Sequence record: DRR723986_4969
Strand: one strand, 5' to 3'
DNA length: 20,000 nucleotides
The notes beneath the pieces were generated by a model that saw only the letters and a list, made by a program, of their open reading frames with translations, was not told the DNA's origin and made no database searches. Shown piece after piece: positions 7,330 to 16,339 of the stretch. Position 1 is the stretch's first letter, and every line of letters starts with the position of its first letter. The translations under genes and the position numbers were made by a program.

Positions 7330-7794
7330 TCACAGTGTCAGCCGCATGTGGACGATCCGCTTGTCGCCGCGCTGTTCCTGATGGGTTTCCGCGAAACCCG
7401 CACGCTGGTACCAGGCCCGGTTTTCGGTCATGAGTACGTTAGTATAGAGCCGGATTTCGCTCAGCCCGAAGTCCGCTGCGCGCCGCCGCGCCCAGTCGAG
7501 CAGCTGCCTGCCACGGCCCTTGCCCTGCTCTTCCGGATCAACGGCAATGCTTTCGATCAGGAGATGGTCCGGATGCCGGATCAGAACAAGGCTGGCGGCA
7601 AGAGAGGTGCCGGAGCGGAGCACCCAGACGTCGTCCCGCCGGATATGCGCGGCATAATCGGCGGTCATTGGCACGGGGACGGCGTTGATGACCGGGATAT
7701 AATGCGCATAGGCCCGCCGGGCGAGTTCGGTCATTGCGACTGCATCACCCGGGTTTGCCTGGTCAAGGCCTCCGGAAACCTGTGGGGTGTCCAT
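7330..7794 (-). CDS. GNAT-family N-acetyltransferase
   Basis: IESIAVDPEEQGKGRGRQLL (motif A, QGxGxG) and LYTNVLMTENRAWYQRAGF. Confidence 0.88.
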   Translation of the reverse strand: MDTPQVSGGLDQANPGDAVAMTELARRAYAHYIPVINAVPVPMTADYAAHIRRDDVWVLRSGTSLAASLVLIRHPDHLLIESIAVDPEEQGKGRGRQLLDWARRRAADFGLSEIRLYTNVLMTENRAWYQRAGFAETHQEQRGDKRIVHMRLTL

Positions 7795-7800
7795 TAGGGA

Positions 7801-8646
7801 TCAAAGCCTTGTTTTCATGAAGGATTCGAAATCGGGGATTCCTTCCGGCATGGTTTCGGTCCTGTCGAAACAACCGAAGGTGCCGCCGTCTTTCATGTCT
7901 TCGGCAGCGGCAATGAAGGCGCGGTAGGCAAGTCGTGCCAGACCTGCCCCGATGGAGACGCGCGTAACGCCCATGTCGCCCAGTTCCTTGCGGGTCAGGT
8001 GGAAGTTCTTGCGCCCGGCCAGGACGTTCATCGGTGCTTTCACGGCGGCCAGAACAGCGGCAATCTGTTCCTTGTCCTTCAGCTCAGGTGCATAGACGCA
8101 ATCGGCACCTGCCTCTGCAAAAGCGTTCAGCCGCTTGATCGTTTCGTCAAGTTCATGCTGCGTCTGGACGGGTCCTTCACTGCGGGCAGTCAGAACGAAA
8201 TCCGGCGCCAGCCGGTTCTTGGCATCCACCGCCGCCTTGATCCGCTCCACCGCCAGCTCCAGATCGTAGTAGGGATGTTTCGGATCGGTTGTGTAATCCT
8301 CGATGGAGCAGCCGGCGAGGCCAACCTCGATCGCCCCCTTGACCGTTGCCGCCACATCGTCCGGGCTGTCGCCGAACCCGTTCTCCAGGTCACCGTTCAC
8401 CGGCACGCTGGTCGCGGCAATGATGTCGGCGGCATGTCCGAGCGCATCGTCGCGCGTGATCAGCCCTTCGGCATCCTTCACGCCTTGCGTCCAGGCATAT
8501 CCGGCGCTGGACGTGGCCATCGCGTCAAACCGCAACCCGTCCAGAATGCGGGCTGTGCCGATATCGAAGGGATTCGGCATCAGGAAAGCACGCCCTTTTT
8601 CGTGAAGAGCTTTGAAGGCGGCACGGCGTTTGGCTGCGGTCGGCAT
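7801..8646 (-). CDS. Isocitrate lyase/PEP mutase superfamily protein
   Basis: MPNPFDIGTAR, ATSSAG, VNGDLENGFG, AGCSIED, VLTARSE, AEAGADCVY, GVTRVSIG; no KKCGH/KRCGH loop. Confidence 0.9.
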   Translation of the reverse strand: MPTAAKRRAAFKALHEKGRAFLMPNPFDIGTARILDGLRFDAMATSSAGYAWTQGVKDAEGLITRDDALGHAADIIAATSVPVNGDLENGFGDSPDDVAATVKGAIEVGLAGCSIEDYTTDPKHPYYDLELAVERIKAAVDAKNRLAPDFVLTARSEGPVQTQHELDETIKRLNAFAEAGADCVYAPELKDKEQIAAVLAAVKAPMNVLAGRKNFHLTRKELGDMGVTRVSIGAGLARLAYRAFIAAAEDMKDGGTFGCFDRTETMPEGIPDFESFMKTRL

Positions 8647-8871
8647 GGCCGGATCTCCCTTGAGGTGTATTTCGCAAAGATTACCGTTAAAGTTTAAATC
8701 GGCAATGCGATCCCTTTATGATGGGTGCGATGTTGCTCAGGTAAGATCCAGTTTAGCCAGAATCGGGGCGCCAGTTTGGAAAAACCGTGATTCCAGCGAA
8801 ACGCCTTGTCTTTGCGTTCGCAGCGCCGTTTGATGGTGAAAGCGCCAGCAGGCAGATCCAGGGAGGTTGCC

Positions 8872-9519
8872 ATGCCGGAAGATCCCACGACACTATCAGA
8901 TTTCAACGACCCGATAACAACGGTTGACCAGCTCGAAGCCCATGCCGGAACCGCGCCCGAAAAGGTGAGGGTGAAGGAGATCAAGGCACTGGACGACCTG
9001 TGCAGGCAGTTCATTGCACGGTCCCCCTTTTGCCTGATCGCGACGGTTGATCCGGAGGGTGTGATCGATGTGAGCCCCAAGGGGGACCCGGCCGGTTTCG
9101 TCACCGTCTTGAGCGACACAGTGCTGGCGATCCCCGACCGCCCCGGAAACCGCCGCCTCGACAGCTACCACAACCTGCTGAAGGACCCGCGCGTCGGACT
9201 TATTTTCCTGATCCCGGGCAAGGGCGAGACCTTGAGGGTGTCGGGCAGAGCCCGCATCGTCCGGGATGCCTGGTTGCTGGAGCGGATGCAGGTGGAGGGC
9301 AAACAGCCGGCGATGGCGCTGGCAGTGGAGATCACCCGGGCATTCATGCATTGCCCGAAGGCCATGGTCCGCTCGAAGATCTGGCAACCGGAAAGCTGGC
9401 GCAATGCTGATGACCTGGGCGACATCGGCGATGCGATGATCCGGCATGGCAAACTGAAACAGACCCCGGAGGCGCTTCTGGAAGAAGCCACCTCCGAAGG
9501 CTTGCTCAGGCTTTATTGA
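8872..9519 (+). CDS. Pyridoxamine 5'-phosphate oxidase-like FMN-binding protein (MSMEG_1061-like family)
   Basis: FIARSPFCLIAT, DVSPKGDPAGFV, IPDRPGNRRLD, GLIFLIPG, ETLRVSGRA, HCPKAMVRS; ATG 8872 with SD GGGAGG. Confidence 0.88.
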   Translation: MPEDPTTLSDFNDPITTVDQLEAHAGTAPEKVRVKEIKALDDLCRQFIARSPFCLIATVDPEGVIDVSPKGDPAGFVTVLSDTVLAIPDRPGNRRLDSYHNLLKDPRVGLIFLIPGKGETLRVSGRARIVRDAWLLERMQVEGKQPAMALAVEITRAFMHCPKAMVRSKIWQPESWRNADDLGDIGDAMIRHGKLKQTPEALLEEATSEGLLRLY

Positions 9520-9987
9520 TCAGGTCCATGCGGTGCGTGAGACCCTTGCCGCGTAGCAGCCGCGGCGAGCAAAATGCAGGTGAATGTAGTCGACTTGCGG
9601 ATTGTCGAAGAACGTCCGGATGACACCTTCCAGCTCGCGGCCTTCAACGACTTCCGCGTCGATCATCTCGTGGGCCCGGTTGAAGGCTCGTGCCGACAGC
9701 AGGCGCTTCGCCACGACTTCCGGGATCGTGTCCGGGGCCGGATGGTTTTCCTGCGCGCCATCGGCGACAAAGATCGCATGCCGGGAGCGGTAGGGCGTTT
9801 CGCCAGGTTGATGTTCGAAATTGAGCAGGTAAACCCGGGTACCCGGGGCTGCACCGGCAAGTGACACACGGCAGGGAAACGCTCCGTCCGAAATGTGCAC
9901 CTGAATGCCCTTCCGCGCGAGTTCCGTGTCACTCAGGCTGCTCAAATGTGCAAACTCGGTGGCGGGAAGAGGCTCGATCTGAAACAT
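9520..9987 (-). CDS. DUF1203-family protein
   Basis: FPCRVSL, LLNFEHQ, PYRSRHAIFV, YIHLHFARRGCYA pattern; SD GAGGAG upstream. Confidence 0.8.
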   Translation of the reverse strand: MFQIEPLPATEFAHLSSLSDTELARKGIQVHISDGAFPCRVSLAGAAPGTRVYLLNFEHQPGETPYRSRHAIFVADGAQENHPAPDTIPEVVAKRLLSARAFNRAHEMIDAEVVEGRELEGVIRTFFDNPQVDYIHLHFARRGCYAARVSRTAWT

Positions 9988-10056
9988 GGTGTTGTCTCCT
10001 CAATGGTTGTGAGAAGACCCTAGGCGGCTGAAAACGCCCAAACGACCCGATTTGCG

Positions 10057-10078
10057 AGCGGGAATATATTTTCCCGCT
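10057..10078. terminator. 8-bp hairpin just downstream of the second GNAT gene
   Basis: AGCGGGAA-tatatt-TTCCCGCT about 10 nt after the stop at 10088; no U-tract in the minus-strand direction. Confidence 0.35.
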
Positions 10079-10087
10079 GCCGGTCTG

Positions 10088-10510
10088 TCAGGCCGGGTTT
10101 TTGACACCCGCCCGGCGTGCCATACCCAGGGAAACCGGTGCGGTTTCTTCAAAACCGAATTGGGCATAAAGCGCATTGGCCGGAACATCGGCGATCAGGC
10201 TGACATAGGTCGAGGGCGGGAATGCGCTTTCGATATGGGCAGTCAGGGCTGCCATGATGCGCTTGCCAAGGCCCTGCCCCTGGTAGGCGGGCAAAACCGC
10301 GATATCCGTCACCTGGACAAAACAGCCGCCGTCACCAATGAGACGCCCCATACCGATCGCTTCATCGCCGTCATAAAGCATCACGCAAAACAGGCTGTTC
10401 TTCAGCCCGATTTCCGCCGCGTCCCTGCCGTAGCCGCTCAGCCCGGAATCGACCCGCAGGCGCAAATAGGTATCGACGTCGGGGACCTGGGTCTTCAGCG
10501 AGATTGTCAT
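10088..10510 (-). CDS. GNAT-family N-acetyltransferase (AttT-like)
   Basis: YLRLR..SGLS, IGMGRLIGDGG, DIAVLPAYQGQGLGKRIM, YVSLIADVPANALYAQFGF; ATG 10510 preceded by AGGA. Confidence 0.88.
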   Translation of the reverse strand: MTISLKTQVPDVDTYLRLRVDSGLSGYGRDAAEIGLKNSLFCVMLYDGDEAIGMGRLIGDGGCFVQVTDIAVLPAYQGQGLGKRIMAALTAHIESAFPPSTYVSLIADVPANALYAQFGFEETAPVSLGMARRAGVKNPA

Positions 10511-10747
10511 GCAGTGTCCTGGAATCGGCTGCAACAAGGAGGGAACGCGACCCTAGCCGATCGCACCGGCGCTGGCCATCGGAATAGACATGCTCAAGCC
10601 GGACAAGGGGCTGTTGACCCCAGGCACGCTGCTTTGCATTGAAGGCTCAAGACAAACGACATCTTGCGTTCCTGCGGTGTTCTAACCGATAACGGCAGGT
10701 GGCTGAGAAAATTCGGCCGCGTACCGGAACGAGAAGACTGAGCAGAC

Positions 10748-11455
10748 GTGGATTTTTTCAATCTCCAGCCCGGGGAATGGCAGGCCCTTCTCTTGACCCT
10801 CAAGGTCGCTTCTGCCGCCCTCGCTGTCGCGCTGCCGCTTGCCGTTCTGATGGCCTTCGTACTTGCCCGCTACCGGTTCACCGGCCATGGCGCCGTCAAT
10901 GCTCTCGTGCATCTGCCACTCGTCTTGCCACCGGTGGTCACGGGCTACGTGCTGCTGCTGACCTTTGGCCGCAAGGGTCCGGTCGGATCGTTTTTGGATA
11001 GTGTCTTCGGTGTCACCTTCGCCTTCAATTGGACCGGTGCCGCGCTCGCTGCCGGTGTGATGGCTTTTCCGTTGATGGTCAGGCCGATCCGTATTTCCTT
11101 CGAAGCCGTGGACCCGAAACTGGAAGAAGCGGCCAAGTCGCTCGGTGCCCATCGCCTGACCGCCTTTCTGACGGTCACCCTGCCTCTTGCCCTGCCGGGA
11201 ATTCTCGGTGGCGCGATCCTGGGCTTTGCAAAGGCCATGGGCGAATTCGGTGCGACCATAACCTTCGTCTCCAACATTCCGGGGGAGACAAGAACCCTGT
11301 CTCTGGCGCTCTATACCGCCACCCAGACCCCGGGTGGAGAACTGGCTGCCTTCCGCCTGACGCTGATTGCGGCCTTTGTCGCCTTCGCGGCGCTGATCGC
11401 CTCGGAAGCACTGGCGCGCCGATTGCGCGCGCGCATGGGGGGCGGTCATGCTTGA
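10748..11455 (+). CDS. modB: Molybdate ABC transporter permease
   Basis: LPLVLPPVVTGYVLL, FNWTGAALAAGVMAFPLMVR, EAA loop LEEAAKSLGA, GEFGATITFVSNIPGETRT; GTG start. Confidence 0.95.
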   Translation: MDFFNLQPGEWQALLLTLKVASAALAVALPLAVLMAFVLARYRFTGHGAVNALVHLPLVLPPVVTGYVLLLTFGRKGPVGSFLDSVFGVTFAFNWTGAALAAGVMAFPLMVRPIRISFEAVDPKLEEAAKSLGAHRLTAFLTVTLPLALPGILGGAILGFAKAMGEFGATITFVSNIPGETRTLSLALYTATQTPGGELAAFRLTLIAAFVAFAALIASEALARRLRARMGGGHA

Positions 11456-12569
11456 TGTCGACATCACCGGCCGTGTCGGAAAGCTCGATCTTGAAGCCCG
11501 GTTCAACAGCCGTGGCGGGGTGACATCGCTTTTCGGCCAGTCGGGGGCCGGCAAGACAACGCTGACCAACATGATCGCCGGGCTGATCAAGCCGCTCAGC
11601 GGACATATCACCGTCAACGGCACGACCCTTTTCGACGCGAACAAGAATATCAACCTCTCGGTGCAGGCACGCAGGATCGGTCACGTCTTTCAGGATGCCC
11701 GGCTGTTTCCGCATCTCAGCGTTGCCTCGAACCTCACCTATGCGCGCTGGGCGGGTCGCAGGCCTGGGACCCGGGACATGGCCGAAGTGGTCGATCTGTT
11801 GGGGTTGGGCGGGCTCCTGGAGCGAAAGCCCGGAACTCTTTCCGGCGGCGAGAGGCAACGAGTGGCCATCGGGCGGGCGCTTCTGTCGGACCCGCGGCTC
11901 CTGATCATGGACGAGCCGCTGGCCAATCTCGATCAGGCGCGGCGAAACGACATTCTTCCGTATCTGGACCGTCTGTGCGTGGAAGCGGGAATTCCGATCC
12001 TCTATGTCAGCCATTCCATCGAGGAAGTGGCGCGCCTGTCCAACACGCTCGTGATCCTGTCGGATGGACGCACACCCGCCTTCGGACCGGTGGCCGACAT
12101 GCTCGCCCGGACCGATCTGGGCCGGGCAACCGGCCGTCACGAGGCCAGTGCGCTGCTGGAAGGCACCGTCACCAGATGTGACCCGGACTGGGGCCTGACC
12201 GATGTCGATATCGGCGGAGCCACACTGCAGATACCGGATATGGCAGCCGTGCCGGGCGATGCGGTGCGCCTGCGCATCCGGGCCAGGGATGTTGCCCTGG
12301 CAGTCAAACCGCCGGAAGGCCTGTCCATCCGCAATGCCTTCGCGGCGACAATCCGCAGTATTTCGAGTGAAAGCGGTCCCTATGCGGAAATCCTTTGCTC
12401 CGTCAGCGGACAGGTGCTGCGTGCCCGCATCACCCGCGCGTCCGTTGCCGACCTCGATCTCCACACAGGCAAGGACGTCACGGTTCTGATCAAGAGCGTT
12501 GCCATTGACCGGCGCCAGCGTGCACCGGCCCTGTCGGACACGGCTACCGGGGAGGATTTCGCTGGATAA
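11448..12569 (+). CDS. modC: Molybdate ABC transporter ATP-binding protein with C-terminal TOBE/Mop region
   Basis: Walker A GQSGAGKTT, FQDARLFPHL, LSGGERQRVAIGR, MDEP, YVSH, LSIRN...LIKSVA; overlaps modB stop by 8 nt. Confidence 0.95.
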   Translation: MLDVDITGRVGKLDLEARFNSRGGVTSLFGQSGAGKTTLTNMIAGLIKPLSGHITVNGTTLFDANKNINLSVQARRIGHVFQDARLFPHLSVASNLTYARWAGRRPGTRDMAEVVDLLGLGGLLERKPGTLSGGERQRVAIGRALLSDPRLLIMDEPLANLDQARRNDILPYLDRLCVEAGIPILYVSHSIEEVARLSNTLVILSDGRTPAFGPVADMLARTDLGRATGRHEASALLEGTVTRCDPDWGLTDVDIGGATLQIPDMAAVPGDAVRLRIRARDVALAVKPPEGLSIRNAFAATIRSISSESGPYAEILCSVSGQVLRARITRASVADLDLHTGKDVTVLIKSVAIDRRQRAPALSDTATGEDFAG

Positions 12570-12612
12570 GGCTCCCGCTTCACGCGGCGCGCGGCTTGTT
12601 TATACTGACGCG

Positions 12613-14409
12613 ATGTTGCGCAAGACCAAGCGCCGGACCTGGCGCAGGCTGAAGATCGGTATCGGAGCGGCGGCGATCCTGTCGACGGTCGCACTGATGT
12701 GGCTGACCGGGCTTGCCAGCTTGCGGATCACGCTTGCGGAGGTGGAAACCGGTGCGCGGGCCAATCTTGCGGTTCAGACAGCCGTTCTCGAAAGACTTCT
12801 CGACAAGTTCCGCCTGCTGTCGCCGCTGTTGGCACGCGGTCCGGATATCGGCCAGTTGCTGATGAGCACGGGCAGGTCTGGAGACCCTGGCATTGCCGCG
12901 ATCGCTGCCGGCATGTCGGGCGCGGAAGAGATATGGCTGATGGACAGGCAAGGCAATGTCGTGGTCTCCAGCCAGGATGGTGTGCCGACGGGCTCCTTCG
13001 GCGGGGCGGAACGCATCGGACATGCCTTCGAACAGGCCCTTCAGGGCCAGCTCGGCCGGCAGCTCATCCCCGGTACGCCAGAGGCCGCATCGAATTATGT
13101 TTTCGCCTCGCCGTTGCGCCGGGGCAGCTCCATCGTTGGCGTGATTGCCGTCCGGGTCAGTCTGGAAGACGTCGAGCAAGCCTGGGCACTCAGCAAGGAA
13201 CCGCTGGTCGCGCTGGATGGCAGCGGCCGGATTGTGGTCACCAACGTTCCCGCATGGCGCGGCAAGCGGATGGACGAGCTTTCTGTCGGCCGGGATATCG
13301 CCGACATGTCGGTGGCTGAGCGCATCGAGGTCCTGCTGCCGGCAACGCCGTCTCCCTATTATTACCTGCAATTGACGGAGAACTTGGCCGTTCTCGGCTG
13401 GCAGGTCAGAACGCTTGTGACGATCGAGGATGCCCGCCAGCGTTCCGGCTGGGCCATGCTGGTCGCGCTTCTGGTCTGTGTGATCGCCGCCGGAGGTATC
13501 GCCATCCTGATCGTCAGGCGGGAAGAATTCGTGCGCCAGGAACGACGCAACCGGGCGAGCGCGCTGCGCCTGGAGCGCCGTGTGCAATCACGGACTGCGG
13601 ATCTTCGCCGCACCAACGTCCTTCTGGAACAGGAAGTGCGCGAGCGCGAACAGGCTGAAGCCGATTTGCGTCTGGCCCAGGCCGAACTCGTGCAGGCAGC
13701 CAAGCTGGCAACGCTCGGCAGGATGTCTGCAGCTCTCAGTCACGAGTACAACCAGCCACTGGCAGCTATCCGTTCCGATGCCGAAGTGGCAGGCATGCTT
13801 ATCGAGCGGGGGCGTGCGGACGAGGCCCTCGGCAATCTCTCGCGGATCGAAGGCATGGTCAGCCGCATGGCCGAAATCGCCAAGACGCTGAAAGGCTTCA
13901 CGCGCAAGTCGGGCACCGACATCAAGCCGGTGTCCCTGCGCCAGGTGATCGACGAGGCAACGTTGCTGCTGCAGCCACATATCAAGCAGAGCAAGGTGCG
14001 TCTCGATCTGGCGCTGCCGACAGAGGATATCATCGTCAAGGGCGGGCGCATCCGCCTGGAGCAGGTGGTCATCAATCTCCTGTCCAACGCACTGGATGCT
14101 GTCAGCGGCAACGCCGCATTGCTTGCCATGCCCGAAGTGCGCCTGGAACTGAGGCAGGAAGGCAGCGAAGCGGTTCTGACCGTCAGTGACAATGGCACAG
14201 GCATCGATGCCGATGTGCTGCCACAGATCTTCGACCCGTTTTTCACGACCAAGGATGTCGGCGCCGGGCTCGGGCTGGGCTTGTCGATTGCCTACAAGAT
14301 CGTTCATGACTTTTCCGGATCGCTGAAAGCGGCGAATCGCGACGGTGGCGGTGCGGTGTTCACCATGCGCCTGCCGGTGGCCGATGAGCATGTCCTTGCA
14401 GCGGAATGA
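12613..14409 (+). CDS. dctB: C4-dicarboxylate sensor histidine kinase (DctB-type)
   Basis: Two TM segments flanking a Cache-like periplasmic region; ELVQAAKLATLGRMSAALSHEYNQPL H-box, NLLSNALDA, DNGTGI, FDPFFTTK, GLGLGLSI; start uncertain. Confidence 0.85.
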   Translation: MLRKTKRRTWRRLKIGIGAAAILSTVALMWLTGLASLRITLAEVETGARANLAVQTAVLERLLDKFRLLSPLLARGPDIGQLLMSTGRSGDPGIAAIAAGMSGAEEIWLMDRQGNVVVSSQDGVPTGSFGGAERIGHAFEQALQGQLGRQLIPGTPEAASNYVFASPLRRGSSIVGVIAVRVSLEDVEQAWALSKEPLVALDGSGRIVVTNVPAWRGKRMDELSVGRDIADMSVAERIEVLLPATPSPYYYLQLTENLAVLGWQVRTLVTIEDARQRSGWAMLVALLVCVIAAGGIAILIVRREEFVRQERRNRASALRLERRVQSRTADLRRTNVLLEQEVREREQAEADLRLAQAELVQAAKLATLGRMSAALSHEYNQPLAAIRSDAEVAGMLIERGRADEALGNLSRIEGMVSRMAEIAKTLKGFTRKSGTDIKPVSLRQVIDEATLLLQPHIKQSKVRLDLALPTEDIIVKGGRIRLEQVVINLLSNALDAVSGNAALLAMPEVRLELRQEGSEAVLTVSDNGTGIDADVLPQIFDPFFTTKDVGAGLGLGLSIAYKIVHDFSGSLKAANRDGGGAVFTMRLPVADEHVLAAE

Positions 14410-14425
14410 AATGAGATAGGCGTTA

Positions 14426-15760
14426 ATGGATCAGGCGACCGTCCTACTGATAGACGATGAAGCGGACCTGCGCGGCTCCTTGAGCCAGGGGCTGGAGTTG
14501 TCCGGCCAGGCGGTGTTTGCAACCGGTGAACCGGAAGAAGCCCTGGAACGGGTCAACCGCGGGTTCTACGGCGTGCTTGTTACAGATATTCGCATGCCCG
14601 GAACGGACGGGTTCCAGGTCATGAAGCGGGCCTTCGAGATCGATCCCGCCCTGCCCGTGGTGCTGATCACCGGCCATGGCGATGTGCCACTGGCGGTCGA
14701 GGCCATGCGCGCCGGTGCCTATGATTTCATGGAAAAGCCCTTTTCCGTTTCGCGCCTTGCCTCCGTGGTGGAACGCGCGCTCGACAAGCGCCGGCTGGTG
14801 CTGGAAAACCGCAAGCTGCGCGAGGAGCTGGCAGACCGAACGGGCCTGGAAAGCCGTCTCGTGGGGCGCACCGCCGCCATGGAACTGCTTCGCCGCAATG
14901 TCACGGCCCTGGCGGCAACCGATGCCGATGTGCTGATCCTGGGGGAGACCGGCTCCGGCAAGGAGGTGGTCGCCCGGGCACTGCATGACGAAGGACCCCG
15001 CAAGGAAAAGCCTTTCGTCGCCCTCAATTGCGGGGCGCTTCCCGCCGAAATCATCGAATCTGAACTCTTCGGCCACGAGAAGGGCGCCTTTACCGGTGCC
15101 AGCGGACAGCGCATCGGCAAGCTGGAACATGCCCATGGGGGCACCGTGTTTTTGGACGAAATCGAATCCATGCCGCTGGAACTGCAGGTCAAGCTGCTGC
15201 GCGTGATCGAGACCCGGACAATCGAACGGCTCGGCTCCAACAAGGCGATCGAACTGGATGTGCGCTTCATTGCGGCCACCAAGGAAGACCTTGAGGCTGC
15301 CGGCAAGGAAGGCCGGTTCCGGCTGGACCTGTTCTACCGGCTCAATGTCGTCAACGTTGCCATTCCACCGTTGCGCGACCGGCTGGAAGATATCCCTCTC
15401 TTGTTCCGGCATCTGGCGGTGGAAGCCCGGGCACGCTACCGGCGCGAGATCCCGGACATCAACGAGGAATATCTCGCCGAGCTGATGGCGCGGGACTGGC
15501 CGGGCAACGTCCGCGAGTTGCGCAATGTCGCCGACCGTTTCGTGCTCGGTGTCGAGCTGGTCAACGCGCCCAGCAGCGGGGCCGGATCCACCTTGTTCGA
15601 ACAGGTCGCGACATATGAACGGGCGTTGATCGTCGCCGAACTCAAGCGCAACGACGGTGCCATCAAGCCCACTTACGAGAACCTTGGGCTCTCGCGAAAG
15701 GCGCTCTACGAGAAGATGCGCAAATACGGTCTCGGCAAGGACGAAGCGCTTTCCGTCTGA
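14426..15760 (+). CDS. dctD: Sigma54-dependent response regulator (receiver-AAA+-Fis HTH)
   Basis: LIDDE, TDIRMPG, ITGHGDV, GETGSGKE, ESELFGHEKGAFTGA, FLDEIE, WPGNVREL, LGLSRKALYEKM. Confidence 0.9.
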   Translation: MDQATVLLIDDEADLRGSLSQGLELSGQAVFATGEPEEALERVNRGFYGVLVTDIRMPGTDGFQVMKRAFEIDPALPVVLITGHGDVPLAVEAMRAGAYDFMEKPFSVSRLASVVERALDKRRLVLENRKLREELADRTGLESRLVGRTAAMELLRRNVTALAATDADVLILGETGSGKEVVARALHDEGPRKEKPFVALNCGALPAEIIESELFGHEKGAFTGASGQRIGKLEHAHGGTVFLDEIESMPLELQVKLLRVIETRTIERLGSNKAIELDVRFIAATKEDLEAAGKEGRFRLDLFYRLNVVNVAIPPLRDRLEDIPLLFRHLAVEARARYRREIPDINEEYLAELMARDWPGNVRELRNVADRFVLGVELVNAPSSGAGSTLFEQVATYERALIVAELKRNDGAIKPTYENLGLSRKALYEKMRKYGLGKDEALSV

Positions 15761-15776
15761 CAATGACCTGACTTCC

Positions 15777-15808
15777 TTGCCATCCCGGGTCGCTGGGCGG
15801 GTTGGCAA
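15777..15808 (+). terminator. Imperfect hairpin after dctD
   Basis: TTGCCATCCCG...CGGGTTGGCAA, 11-bp stem with one mismatch, just after the dctD stop. Confidence 0.3.
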
Positions 15809-15837
15809 AACGAATGGCCGAAAAAAGTTCGGGCCGG

Positions 15838-15864
15838 TGTCACAAATCGCTGCACCCGGTCGTC
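15838..15864 (+). promoter_or_regulatory. ECF41-type promoter (TGTCACA-N16-CGTC)
   Basis: TGTCACA 15838-15844, 16-nt spacer, CGTC 15861-15864; directly upstream of the CMD gene and ECF41 sigma; A-tract upstream. Confidence 0.85.
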
Positions 15865-15906
15865 AACCCTGTGTCACACCCTGAAACCTGAATGGAAGAC
15901 ACGCCA

Positions 15907-16338
15907 ATGACGACCTCTAATGCCATCAATCACTACGAAAATGTCCCCGATATCGTGAAGCGTTTCGTCGCTGCCAGCGGTGAGATCGGCAAGGCAGGGC
16001 TGGAGCCGAAACTGCGGCATCTCATCGATCTGCGTGCATCGCAGATCAACCAGTGTGCCTATTGCGTGAAGATGCACACCCAGGAAGCACTCGACGCGGG
16101 CGAGACCCAGGAGCGTTTGCAGCGCCTGACGGTCTGGCGGCACGTTGATGACTACACGCCGGCGGAGAAGGCGGCCTTTGCCTGGACGGAAGCCTTGACC
16201 AGTCTTCAGGTCGATACGAACTATGAGGCGTTGCGCGGTGAATTGCGCCGCCACTTCGATGACGCCGAGATCAGTGCGATCACCGCCGCGGTCGCGATGA
16301 TCAATCTGTGGAACCGGGTACAGGTATCGAACCACTGA
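15907..16338 (+). CDS. Carboxymuconolactone decarboxylase/AhpD-family protein
   Basis: LIDLRASQINQCAYCVKMH (CxxC), EKAAFAWTEALT, INLWNR; start 15907 (GGAAG upstream) or 15892. Confidence 0.9.
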   Translation: MTTSNAINHYENVPDIVKRFVAASGEIGKAGLEPKLRHLIDLRASQINQCAYCVKMHTQEALDAGETQERLQRLTVWRHVDDYTPAEKAAFAWTEALTSLQVDTNYEALRGELRRHFDDAEISAITAAVAMINLWNRVQVSNH

Positions 16339-16339
16339 C

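Noticed and set aside
10622-10637. Sigma54-like sequence AGGCACGCTGCTTTGC upstream of modB
   Set aside because: GG-to-GC spacing is 11 nt rather than the strictly required 10
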